DNA from: Blasia pusilla
Taxonomy: Eukaryota
DNA: 64,000 nucleotides
NCBI GenBank assembly: GCA_050084515.1
Contig: CM114271.1
Location: forward strand, 19,468,001 to 19,532,000
Direction: 5' to 3'
A model generated the notes under the pieces. That model was not told the DNA's origin, searched no databases, and saw only the letters and a list, made by a program, of their open reading frames with translations. Positions 14,701 through 25,929 of the stretch are shown in pieces (within the stretch, counting starts at the first letter, position 1; every line of letters begins with the position of its first letter). The position numbers were made by a program, and so were the translations under genes.

Positions 14701-15217
14701 TAGGTAGAGATATGGCTTGTTCGAGTTTGTGGTGATGCCCTTCGGTCTATGTTATGTGCCTCCAAAATTTACCACGTTGATGAACTCCATCTTTCATAAG
14801 GAGACGGATGAGTATGTAATCATCTACATAGATGACATACTGATCTACTCAAAGTCACTAGAGCAGCATGCTCAACATTTAAGGACAGTGTTTGCAAAAC
14901 TCGAGGCGAACAAGATGTATGCAAATATGGAAAAGAATGAGTTCGGCTTGACCAAGATCAAGTTCTTGGATCATATGATTAGCGTAGATGGAGTGAGTCT
15001 AGACATGGAGAAGATGAAAGCAATTTCCGAATGGGAACTGCCTTCCACCATGAAGGGGATGAGGAGGTTCATCGGAGAAGACCAATTTTTTACCAGACTT
15101 ACATGAAGAAATTTTTGAGAATAGTGAAACCTCTCACGGATTGGATTGGTGAGTTTTCCAACACTACGTGGACCCCATCGATGGATGAGATGTTCAACCG
15201 ACTCAAGGAGATCCTAT
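11737..15217 (+). pseudogene. Degenerate Gypsy gag-protease-RT
   Basis: Zn knuckle ICYNCG.PGHMTKGC (~12545-12595, frameshifted); protease MLLVGIGASHPF (eroded D-S/T-G); RT SKSPYGAPILFVKKKD..LRLYVDY, VMPFGL, YIDDILIYS. Confidence 0.92.
12909..13943 (+). mobile_element. Solo LTR, family A, inside the protease of its own family
   Basis: Exact 5-bp TSD ATTTG (12904-12908 / 13944-13948); removal restores the frame FGCVIFELKEKFMVCNMDRIDGVL. Confidence 0.93.
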
Positions 15218-15667
15218 TAAGGTTGCCCGGAAACAGACAAGTCCATCCATGGGACGAACATGTTTGGATATGAACATGGACATGGAAAACTGGTTGTGAG
15301 CGCGGGTTTTCTTGGCCCCCAAATCAATCGCACGGGCTCCACCCGCGAGAATAGATGCGGGCTCGGACAAAGGATACGGGCTAAAGATGGGCCACATGTG
15401 CAACGCGGGATGAGGGAGGATTTGACGGGCAAGACATGCTCAGTGTGGGCTCCACACCCCTACGGCGAGCTGGGCGTAGGCTAGTTGTGCTAGGTGGAAT
15501 ATGGCGCGGACTAGGCGGCCAGGGGAAGGGCCAAGGGGGCTGGGGGTGGGCTGGTGGTTCTAATGGGGACTTACATGGGATTTGTGTAGAGGTAGGGTGT
15601 TTGACGGCTTGAGGGGTTGGAATAGGGTTGTTGTAGTAGAGAATAGGTTAGTTAGAAATGAGAGTGA

Positions 15668-16117
15668 TGTTGGATTCTCACATCCACTTCTCTGAGCACC
15701 ATTAATCTGATCGGCCCCCTTGTATGAGGAGAAGCCTAGATTGATGGTTCCGACTTAGACGTCAAAGGGGTCATAGTAATATCACGTAGGTGGTTTTATG
15801 AGTAGCGTTACTAGGATTATCCAACCCTATATTGCATCAGGGTGTGGAGCACCCTGATTTGTTACGAGGGTCCAAGGGCACAGCCCCTGAATTTTTTTCT
15901 ATTAATAGAAATTAAGAAAAATAGGTAAAAAAACCATAATTTCCCGAATAATGAAATAGTCGGGAGCCGTAGCCGTAGCGTATTCTTGTATGTCGAGTTA
16001 TCTCCATATTCAGGTTCCATCGAAGCTCTTCTGTGAGCGCACGGACGGACTAGGCCACTTTGTATCTCTAAGTTTTGTAAAGATTTCAGTGATTTCGTTA
16101 CTTTCTATTTTCTTACA
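15668..16117 (+). mobile_element. Solo LTR, family D (450 bp)
   Basis: TGTTGG...TTACA with an exact 5-bp TSD AGTGA (15663-15667 / 16118-16122); homologous to 34421-34821. Confidence 0.88.
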
Positions 16118-16435
16118 AGTGATTGAAGAAATGGGGATAGTATTAGTGGTGAGAGGAAAAAGAATCTTAAAATAGAGTTGAATGGGGTGGTTGTATTGGA
16201 AAATAGGTTAGTTGGAAATTCGAGTAGGTAAAGAAGTTAAGATAGATCAAAAAGGAAATATTAGGAGAACAAAATCAGATTTGTTAAATGGTGATTTGTG
16301 AAGATGATTTAGTAAAAAATATAAGTGGGGGGTAGATTATTTGGGGAGTTAGAAGGGTTCATTCTCTTCCTTCCATGCTCCCCTAGATTAACTCGCTCAT
16401 TTTTTGTACACCATTACAATCTCATTCCTCCCTTC

Positions 16436-16438
<3 letters not shown>

Positions 16439-16522
<84 letters not shown>
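16439..16522. repeat. (TC)42 microsatellite
   Basis: Direct reading. Confidence 0.98.
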
Positions 16523-16531
<9 letters not shown>

Positions 16532-16829
16532 TCTTTCGTGATATTTTTTCTCCATAGATATTTGAAATTGATAAGTGAGAATATATTTTGCCACTAGATA
16601 ACCCTAATCATGTAAGGTATCTCGTTTATCTAGGTTAGCATACTGATCTTTCTTGTTCATAGTGAATTTTCCAAGTTTATTATTGGAGCATTCACGAACA
16701 ATATTTGGTGTAATTTGCATACATTTTACTGGTTGATATATCCCACTTTTGACATTGTAAATTATTGCACATTATCCAAATATTTTTGGATGGGGTTAGT
16801 GTCTACCTGTGATCATGATCAAAACCAGA

Positions 16830-18492
16830 CATCTCCAACAGATCTTGAAGGAACATTGGGAAGAAGTACAGATAGAAGGTGGAACATCAAGCAGATGATA
16901 GTGCAAGTATTGTCCCTATTCTATGAAAACGTATCATAGCACGCGGATGGTGGAGCATTTTACACAAGAGAGACGAAAGAAAAAGGATAGAAATAAGGAT
17001 ATCCATCATGTCAAATTAGATCCCTCATAGTGTGTAATGGGATCTCCAAAAGAAGGTACTTGTGGGAAATGAACAAAGAAGGGAAGCGAGACCCTTGAGT
17101 GAAGTGGAGGAGACGGACGCCATTACAAATAGGTTCGCAACAAACAAGAAATAATGTTTATATTATGTTCAATATTGATGGGGTTGCGCACATGCCATCA
17201 TGTGGCAATCTCGAGGAATGTAGAGGGGTGACTAGGCTGATTCGAGGGACGAGTAGTTCTTGGAAGAAGCAAGTAGATCTGAGGGATTCTTTCAACATCC
17301 AAGGAATATACGTTACAAATGACATGTAGGCGATGTACTTCTATGAATATGGAATACCATCCAGCGTAGTACGGCAAGATAATTTCAAACAAGCAGTGTT
17401 GGCAGCAACAAAGGTGAATGGTTACTTAGGTTGCCATTCCTAAGTAACCATTCACCCTAATGTCCTAGTTACAATTTGTTGCGCACCATCCTACTTGAAA
17501 AACATATAGGGAAGGTGAAGGGAAAGGTGGATGGTATATTGGATAATTTGCGTTTGGGGTCCACAATCATCGCGGATTCTAGGACCAATGTGAGGAGCAA
17601 GTCTTTAGTGAACATTATGATCTCGTATCCATAAGGTGAGGTCATGATTGAGTCGGTAGACACCAAGGAGGAATCCCAAACGGCGGAATGGTCGGCTCGT
17701 CATGATTGTTGCTTCCTACGAACACACGCTTTACCACAAACTTTATCATATTAGAACGTGTCTTAGAATTGAGGAAGGAATTCCACGCCATGATTGCCAC
17801 CAATACTTTTAGGAAGTATTTCAATAGAAGGGATGCGAGGCAAAGGGATAACTTGGAGAAAGCACAAGAGATTGAGTCTATTGTGGCCAATCACGATTTT
17901 TGGATAGAAGGTGAGGAGTTGTTTGCTGCGGCTCAACCAACTATTATTGTGTTGAGAGATTGTGATGGCCATAAAGCAATGACAGGGCATATTTCTCGCT
18001 GTATATTTAAGATAATGGAAGATCCGTTCTTTTTCTGTAACTTTGTGGCCCGGTATGGGTTAAATGCGTCGCGGCTTTTTAGTGACAATGTCCAGGGCTA
18101 TGAAAATTATCGATGTTATTTCTAGGCGGTGGGCACTTATCGACAACAAGTTACATGCAATAGGCTACATTCTCGCCCCTTACAGTCTTCTTGATAGTGT
18201 TCAAGATGTCACTTCAAATGTTGAGTGTATAAGAGATTTCAAAAAATATTTGAACCTTTATGCAAAGCAGCACGCCCTCAATGTCACCGAGGCTAATTCT
18301 CACGTAGGTACTTGGTTGCGAGAGTTGGGCAACATTGTGAACCATCATAAACTATTTATGGATGAGTTTGGTAGGAAAGTTGTCGATTCAATTGCCCCCT
18401 CTAATTGGTGGAGCATGTACAATCAAGGTGTATCAACATTAAGCTTTGCGGCTAAGTCCATATTAGCACAAGTGGTTTCTTCCTCGTCAACG
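16830..18492 (+). pseudogene. hAT transposase remnant (BED finger, DUF659-like region, start of dimerisation domain)
   Basis: CKYCPY...TRMVEH (BED-like); FYEYGIP, PSYNLLRTILL, STIIADSRTNV..LVNIMI (DUF659-like); PTNTRFTTNFIILERV; RRW..LHAIGYIL.P; PSNWWSMY..ILAQVVSSSS, cut there by an LTR. Confidence 0.88.
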
Positions 18493-19702
18493 TGTCGTGT
18501 TGAGAGCCTTTCTTCGAGTAAGGGCGAGCCTTCTAGCTGCAGCAGACGTGGTTGATGCAAGTCAAACTCTATAAGGTGTTCTCCTTTTTCAATTTAGAAT
18601 TATTATGTAAACCCTCCATTCTCTCACGAGAGGAATCACAAATGGTAGTGCCGAGGCGATCACTTCTTCATAACATGGAACCCCAAAATTACTAACTATG
18701 AAGTCCTTGTAAACTACTTTATGTTTGTACACAAGAAAAATAACACAACTAGTGTTAAATCCTATTCAAGTTGGCCTATTGACGTCCATGAATTGTTATA
18801 TAAGGATATACAAAATACAATCCCATATTCTTTCGTACATGACTATAGGAAGAATCATCGGAGTTAGAGATTGCATAACTTGGTTCATGAACACCTCCCC
18901 AAAATGATAAACTAGATAGCGTGTGAACCAATGTCTATCTATAAAGAGAATCTTGATCTGGTACGGGTTAAGAAAAGTAAAATTAGGCACAACTCGTGCT
19001 CCATCCCTATCCATACTTTACAGACATCCTCTACTCTCATATAGAATGGATTTTGGCGGAGTTGCTCTCCCAAGAGGGATAATCCACTCTTATTGGGAAA
19101 ATAAAAAGCCAAACCATCAATTATTTTAGGTATGACTAAATTCCCCTAAGGTGACAAGTCTCTCATCTCCACACTTACCATATTCTAGAATCCTCTCAAA
19201 GAATAGACCATAGTCAAGTTACTCTCCCAAGAGGGATAATCCACTCTTATAAGAAGAGCAAACAATCCCAAAGCCATGCATTCAAGAGTGATACAAGAAA
19301 TTCAAGATGTGAAATAGAAGAGGATGAACCCTTGAAGATCCCTCCGCTTTATATACTCACAAGGATCCACAAGAGTATAAAATATGGTTAATCTTATCTT
19401 ATGCCATATAGCTTCCTTTCAAGGTTTAGCCAATCCTATTTTGACATAAGTAGATTACCTCTTATCTCTTCGAAAATATCCTACTTTATTCACTTCATAT
19501 CTTCCAAACTACCCCAATTTCCTAGCCACCAATCAAGACTACTCTTGCTTTTTCTTTCATTAAAGCACCAACCCTCCTACTTTATTTTTATAATCCCATC
19601 TTTTATTTATTATCTTTTTTCTAAAGTTGGGCCTGTACAAATGAGCCACCCTAAAGAGGTTTAAAAATGGGAATTTCAATTTCCTAGGCTAATTTACTCA
19701 AT
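18493..19702 (-). mobile_element. LTR, family B (one end truncated), inserted in the hAT transposase
   Basis: Starts TGTCGTGTTGAGAGCC and is co-linear with 6336-7614 for ~1.2 kb; similarity is lost near 19702. Confidence 0.88.
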
Positions 19703-20619
19703 TAGATTTAGAGTATATCTATACAAACTCAAGGTTTGGAGAGAAATACTTTTTTGAAAGGGATGGACAAGAATAAGGTAGAAGGGTTGTAGAAGATGGT
19801 AGCGAGTATAGTTTACATGCAGGAAACCGCAATGATAATCATGAAGATAACCTCGACTTGCAAGATCATGACCTAGAGGATGAGGACGTGATATGTGGAC
19901 TTTATGGCATCGAAGGGAGGTAGGATACTCATATCAAAACCACTTAAAACTTTGACTCCGAGGGGCTGGAAGAGACGAAGATGATGATGTAATGGAACAT
20001 TGGAGTTTAGAGCACGAGGAAGAGCAAAAACGAAGGACTTCAAGTGAATCTTCCTAGCACTTCTCCTAAGATAATCTACAACCCTTAGATTTTCGCATCA
20101 GTAGGAATTTATAATTATTCCATCGAGTCTAGTAAATCTATGCGTGATCCCTCTTTGAAAGTTGAAACAGTCGACTTAATAGATGAGCCTAATGATAATG
20201 ATGTTCTCGTACCTGTTGTTCCAAACTCTCAACCCATCAATCATGGTATATATAGTTCATACATTTCCTCCGATGATGAAACAATTGCAATAGGAAATCG
20301 TTGTTGATCCACACGACTTTGAACTCTTGAGCCACCAAATTACCGCCTACTTCTTAATCCACCAAACCCAACCATAGACCTAGACTAGTAGAGTAATTAG
20401 TGAATGTAGTGAAACAGATTAGTAAATAGTTATAGCAAACTCTTTTTGTAAAGAATATTGTAAGAATGTCATTTTGAATACATTCTTTTTTGTAACATTA
20501 TCGCTACTAAAGCAATATATTGATGGTCAAATTGGAAAGTTTGATTTTGTGGAATGAAGATTTTATTGCACATTCAGTTAAAAAATATCTTCTATGAAAA
20601 AAGCTAAAAAAATATAAGA

Positions 20620-23600
20620 TGGAAAATGAAAAGACATTCTTTTCATTGAAAGTTTAAGGGCGTTTCAAAAATGAGTTAGCAATTTTTGAGTTTTTGGTCA
20701 CAACTTCATTTTGCTTGAAACTTTGCAAGGAAGCTACATACACCATGGATATCATGTGTGCCAAAGTTCAGTTCTAGATGAGATACTTGGAAAAGATGGA
20801 AAATTAAAAGATCTTCTTTTCATTGAAGGTTTAAGGGCACTTGGGAACTATTGTTTAAAAAATGAGTTAGTAACTTTTGAGCTTTTGGTCATGACTCCAT
20901 TTTGCTTGAAACTTTTCAAGGGACCTACATACACCTTGCAAATTGTGTGTATCAAATTTCAGCTCAAGATGAGATAGTTGGACAAAATGAAAAATAAAAA
21001 GACCTTCTTTTCATTGAAGGTTTAACGGTTTGGGTCGAAAAACAACTAAGTAATTTTTTAGCTTTTAGTCACAACTCCATTTTACTTGAAAATTTGCAAG
21101 AGTGCTACATGCACCATGGGGATTATTGGTAACAAATTTCTGCTCTAGATGAGATAGTTGGACAAGGTGGAAAATGAAAAGACCTTCTTTTCATTAAAGG
21201 TTTAAGGACACGAGTTTAAGAAATGAGTTAGAAAATTTTCAGATTTTTGTGACAACTCTATTTTTCTTGAAACTTTTCAGACGTGATATATGCACCTTGG
21301 AGATTATGTGTACTAAATTTTAGCTAAAGATGAGATATTCAGACAAGATGAAAAATGAAAAGATCCCATTTTCACACAAGGTTTAATGGCTCGTGTCCAA
21401 AAAAGAGTTAGCAATTTTTTAGCTTTAATTCACAACTCCATTTTGCTTGATCATTTTCAAGGGATCTACATGCACCTTGGGGATAATTTTTATTTAATTT
21501 CAGCTTAAGATGAGATATTTGGACAAGATGGAAAATAAAAAGACCATCTTTTCATTGAAGGTTTAATGATTCGGGTCGAAAAATGACTTAGTAATTTTTG
21601 AGCTTTTGGTGACAACTAAATTTTGCCTGAAAATTTTCAAGAGTGCTACATGGACCTTGGGGATCATATATAATTAATTGTAGCTCAAGGTGAGATATCT
21701 GGACAAGATGAAAAATGAAAAGACCCCATTTTGATAGAAGGTTTAATGACATGGGTCCAAAAGTGAGTTAGCAATTTTTGAGATTTTGGCAACAACTCCA
21801 TTTTGCTTAAAACTTTACAAAAGTGATATATGGATCTTGGGGATCATGTGTACCACCTTTTAGCTAAAGATGAAAAATGAGAAGACCCCATTTTGATATA
21901 CGATTCAATGGCGCGGGTCCAAGAATGAATTAGCAAATTTTAAGCTTTTTTTCACAACTCTATTTTTCTTGAAACTTTGTAAGGGAGCTACATGCACCTT
22001 GGGGATCATGAGTGCCAAATTTCAGTTCAAGATCACATAGTTGGACTATATGAAAAATGAATAGATATTCTTTTCATTGAAGGTTAAATGGTTCGGGTCC
22101 AAAAATGGGTTAATAATTTTTGAGCTTTTGATGAAAACTCCATTTTTCTTGAAATTTTGCAAGATTTCTACATAAATTTTAATGGAATAAATTTCAGCTC
22201 AAGATAGAGATAGTTGGACAAGATGAAAAATGAAAAGATCCCATTTTGATGGAAGGTTTGATGGTGCGGGTGCAAAAATGAGTTAGCAATTTTTGAGCTT
22301 TTGGTGATAATTTCATTTTTCTTGAAACTTAGCAAGGAAGCTGTATGCATCTTGGGGATCATGTGTACCACCTTTTAGCTAAAGATGAAAAATGAGAAGA
22401 CCCCATTTTGTCCAAGAATGAATTGATTTTTCTTGTGAGTCCAAATTTCAGTTTTGAAAAATGAATAGATATTCTTTTCATTGAAGGTTAAATGGTTCGG
22501 GTCCAAAAATGGGTTAATAATTTTTGAGCTTTTGATGAAAACTCCATTTTTCTTGAAATTTTGCAAGATTTCTACATAAATTTTAATGGAATAAATTTCA
22601 GCTCAAGATAGAGATAGTTGGACAAGATGAAAAATGAAAAGATCCCATTTTGATGGAAGGTTTGATGGTGCGGGTGCAAAAATGAGTTAGCAATTTTTGA
22701 GCTTTTGGTGATAATTTCATTTTTCTTGAAACTTAGCAAGGAAGTTGTATGCATCTTGGGGATCATGTGTATCAAATTTCAGTTCAAGATGAGATGGTTG
22801 GAAAAGATGGAAAAATAAAAAGACCTTTTCATTGAAGGTTGAATGGTTCATGTCCAAAAATGACTTAGTAATTTTTCAGCTTTTGGTCATGATTCTATTT
22901 TTCTTGAAACTTGACAAGGAAGCTACATGCACAATGGGGATCATTTGTTCCAAATTTCAACTCTAGATGAGATACTTGGACAAGATGGAAATTAAAAAGA
23001 CCTTCTTTTCATTAAAGGTTTAAGGGCACAATTTTAAAAGATATGTTAGCAATTTTTGAGCTTTTGGTGAAAATTATGTTTCCCTTAAAAGGTTGTTAGG
23101 GAGCTACACGCACCTTGGGGATCATGTGTACCAAATTTGATCTCAAGATGAGGTAGTTGGATAAGATGAAAAATGAAAAGATCCCATTTTAATAAAAGGT
23201 TTAATAGCGCGTGTCCAAAAATGAGTTAGCATTTTTCAGATTTATGGCACAACTCCATTTTTCTTGAAACTTTGCAAGAGTGCTACATGCACCATGGGGA
23301 TCACTTGTACCAAAGTTCAGTTCTAGATGATATACTTGAACAAGATCAAAAATAAAAAGACTTTCTTTTCATTGAAAGGAGCAGGTTTAAAAAACGAGTT
23401 AACAATTTTTCAGATTTTGGTCAAAACTCTATTTTCCTTGAATCTTTGCAAGGAAGCTACATGCACCTTGGGCATTATGTGTAGCAAATTTCATCTCAAG
23501 ATGAGATATTTGGACAAGATGAAAAATGAAAAGATGATATTCTGATAGAAGGTTTAATGGCGCACGTCCAAAAATGAGTTAGCAATTTTTGAGCTTTTGG

Positions 23601-24010
23601 TCAAAACTTCATTTTTCTTGAAACTTTGCGCGGGATTTATATGCACCTTTGGGATCATGTATGCCAAATTTCAGCTTAATATGAGATAGTTGGTGAAGAG
23701 GTAAAATGAAAAGACCTTCTTTTCATTGAAGGTTTAATGGTTCATGTCAAAAAATGACTTAGTAACTTTTGAGCTTTTGGTCAAAACTCTATTTTGCTTG
23801 AAACTTTACAAGAGAACTACATGCACCTTGGGGATCATGTGTGCCAAATCAAAGCTCAAGATGAGATGGTTGGACACAATGAAAAATGAAACCATCCCCT
23901 TTTCAATAAAGGTTTAATGACGTAGGTCCAAAAATATATTAGCAAATTTTCAGTTTTTGGTCACAACTTCATTTTACTTGAAAATTTGCAAGAGAATTTC
24001 ATGCACCAAA
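20620..24010. repeat. Tandem array of ~180-bp monomers (~19 copies)
   Basis: Landmark AAAATGAAAAGA(C/T)C..TTTT recurs at ~20991, 21171, 21352, 21532, 21712 ... 23703, 23883. Confidence 0.95.
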
Positions 24011-25379
24011 TTATTATGAATGAGTCAGGTTTTAAGTATTAAGTTATTTTCTCTTATTGATATTTTTCAATATTTAATTAATCATAATTACCTCAAATTC
24101 AAATTTCTATAACCAAGAAATCGTCTAGAGTCTCTTCAATTTTATTACCTTTTATCACTTGAAAAATAAAATTCTTTCAAGGTTCATGCCAACGAAATTG
24201 TAACAAATTAATTTAATATTCATTTTTAACGGAAAATCATTTTCTCCTTTTGGGAAAAAATGAAAATGATAATATAGGATACTAATGTGATAAGAATTAT
24301 TCTTCAAAATAATGGAAGACCTATTTTCAAGATAGATTTAGAGAAACATTTCATACCTCTTTTGGGAAAAAATTCATAAAAAAATATTTTCCTTTCCCTT
24401 ATTGAAAAGATGGGGATTGGAAAAGGGATAAACTATTTTCCACAAGAAATAAAGGCAATAGCATTAAGAGTTTTCTTGAGCCAAATTAGATGTATTTAAG
24501 AAAAATCTATCTTTCTTCTTTTTTTGTCATCTATTTAAAATTAAACTTTAATCACCATATATCCACTAATTTCACATTATCTTCCTCCATCCGTTAGTCA
24601 TTTCATTCTTGATCATCACACCCGATACATCGCATGGGCAAAAATAGTACGAATATTAATAAAGTGTAATAATTATAATAAAAAGCCAGAATTTTAGAGT
24701 TTCTACCTTAAGTCATATTTGATGGAAAGGGAAAATAATTTTTAATGGAGAACTAATAGATTTGGTTTAGGGAAGGATAAGATTACTTAGGGGATTGGGA
24801 TATCATTTGAATTTGAATGGAGGATTTTAATTACTTATAATTAAAATACTTGGAGTGAAATTTTGTTACTCTTATAATCTTCTAGAAAATTAAAATTAAA
24901 ATTTTAAATAAATAATATAAAAAATTTAAATTATCGTATTTATTCACATGTGATATTTTAGTAAAGGAAAATAAATTTGAATGGAAAAGGAAAATTACTT
25001 AGTTAATTAAATTAGCTAAGAATTTGTTAGTGGATGTTATTTTGGAGGAAAGAGTGTAATAATTTTGGTGGAAAAAGTGGAAGGGGAAGAATAGTTATTG
25101 CTGGAACGTTTGCAGAGGAGTAAAAGCATATAATTCAAATTTTAATTTTCAAAAAATGTTACTGACACTTTTTTTTAAGGCTCTTCTATTGAGAAACTGT
25201 GTCACGCGTGCATCCCACATGCAACATAGTAGCTTCTCTTATTGTACATGTAGGGTCTTAAGCTAACACATTCATAAAATATGAAATAGTTTTTTTTTCA
25301 AATTTTGAGTTCATAATTTTCAAACCATTTTTAATATTGTAATGATTAAATCATTCCACTTATTTTACTTGTATAGCCC

Positions 25380-25530
25380 ATGAAGGGAAGAGATTATTGA
25401 TGTTGCACACAAATTCAAATTTCTAGTCTTGTTGCCCATAGCATGTGAAACATTTTCTTGCTGCCTAGTTATCATATGTCAAACAGAGAGGTGTTTGCAA
25501 ATCAAGAAGGTATTCTCCCACAATAATATA
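25380..25530 (-). repeat. Dispersed ~150-bp repeat module, copy 2 of 4
   Basis: Reverse-complement similarity to 41945-42095. Confidence 0.7.
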
Positions 25531-25929
25531 GATTGGGAAAATTTTCAAAATAGACTTCTTTGATATTCCTTATTTTTTAAAATAATCAATCAGATCTCCT
25601 TATATCAAGTATAGTAAAATATGTCCCAAAAAATGCAAATTTTCTTTAAATATAATAAATATAATAATTAAAATTATATCAAATAAACCTTTCAATCATC
25701 GTACCTTCCACCTTACCCAAGGACTTATAACCCTAGAGAAAGCTTTGATCTATTTCATGAACTCACTTCATTGACAACATTCATAAGTAGTTCACATTCA
25801 CAAGTCTCCTAAGTGAAATGTTTTGAAAGATTGTTTACAACAAATGAGTGATACCCCACAAAACATCTGAATTGAGAGAAACCTCATACTTATGTTCATT
25901 TTAAAGATGTAAATATGAACTCATTCTAT

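Larger units (their letters stand above)
10510..15217 (+). mobile_element. Ty3/Gypsy family A, 3'-truncated copy (5' LTR 10510-11520, PBS, gag, protease, RT)
   Basis: LTR ends ...GCGTACGACA at 11520, followed by a PBS and gag-pol remnants. It begins where the minus-strand RT breaks off and ends at a hAT-like terminus. Confidence 0.92.
15218..20600 (+). mobile_element. Degenerate hAT DNA transposon (right end not found; may extend through the tandem array)
   Basis: Begins TAAGGTTGCC, resembling the CAAGGTTGCA TIR of the MITEs at 39663 and 51233, and contains transposase remnants. The right coordinate is approximate. Confidence 0.7.

Noticed and set aside
20620..24010. Centromeric satellite, or coding ORFs within the array
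   Set aside because: Only 3.4 kb and TE-adjacent; monomer length alone does not show centromere function, and the ORFs are repeat by-products.
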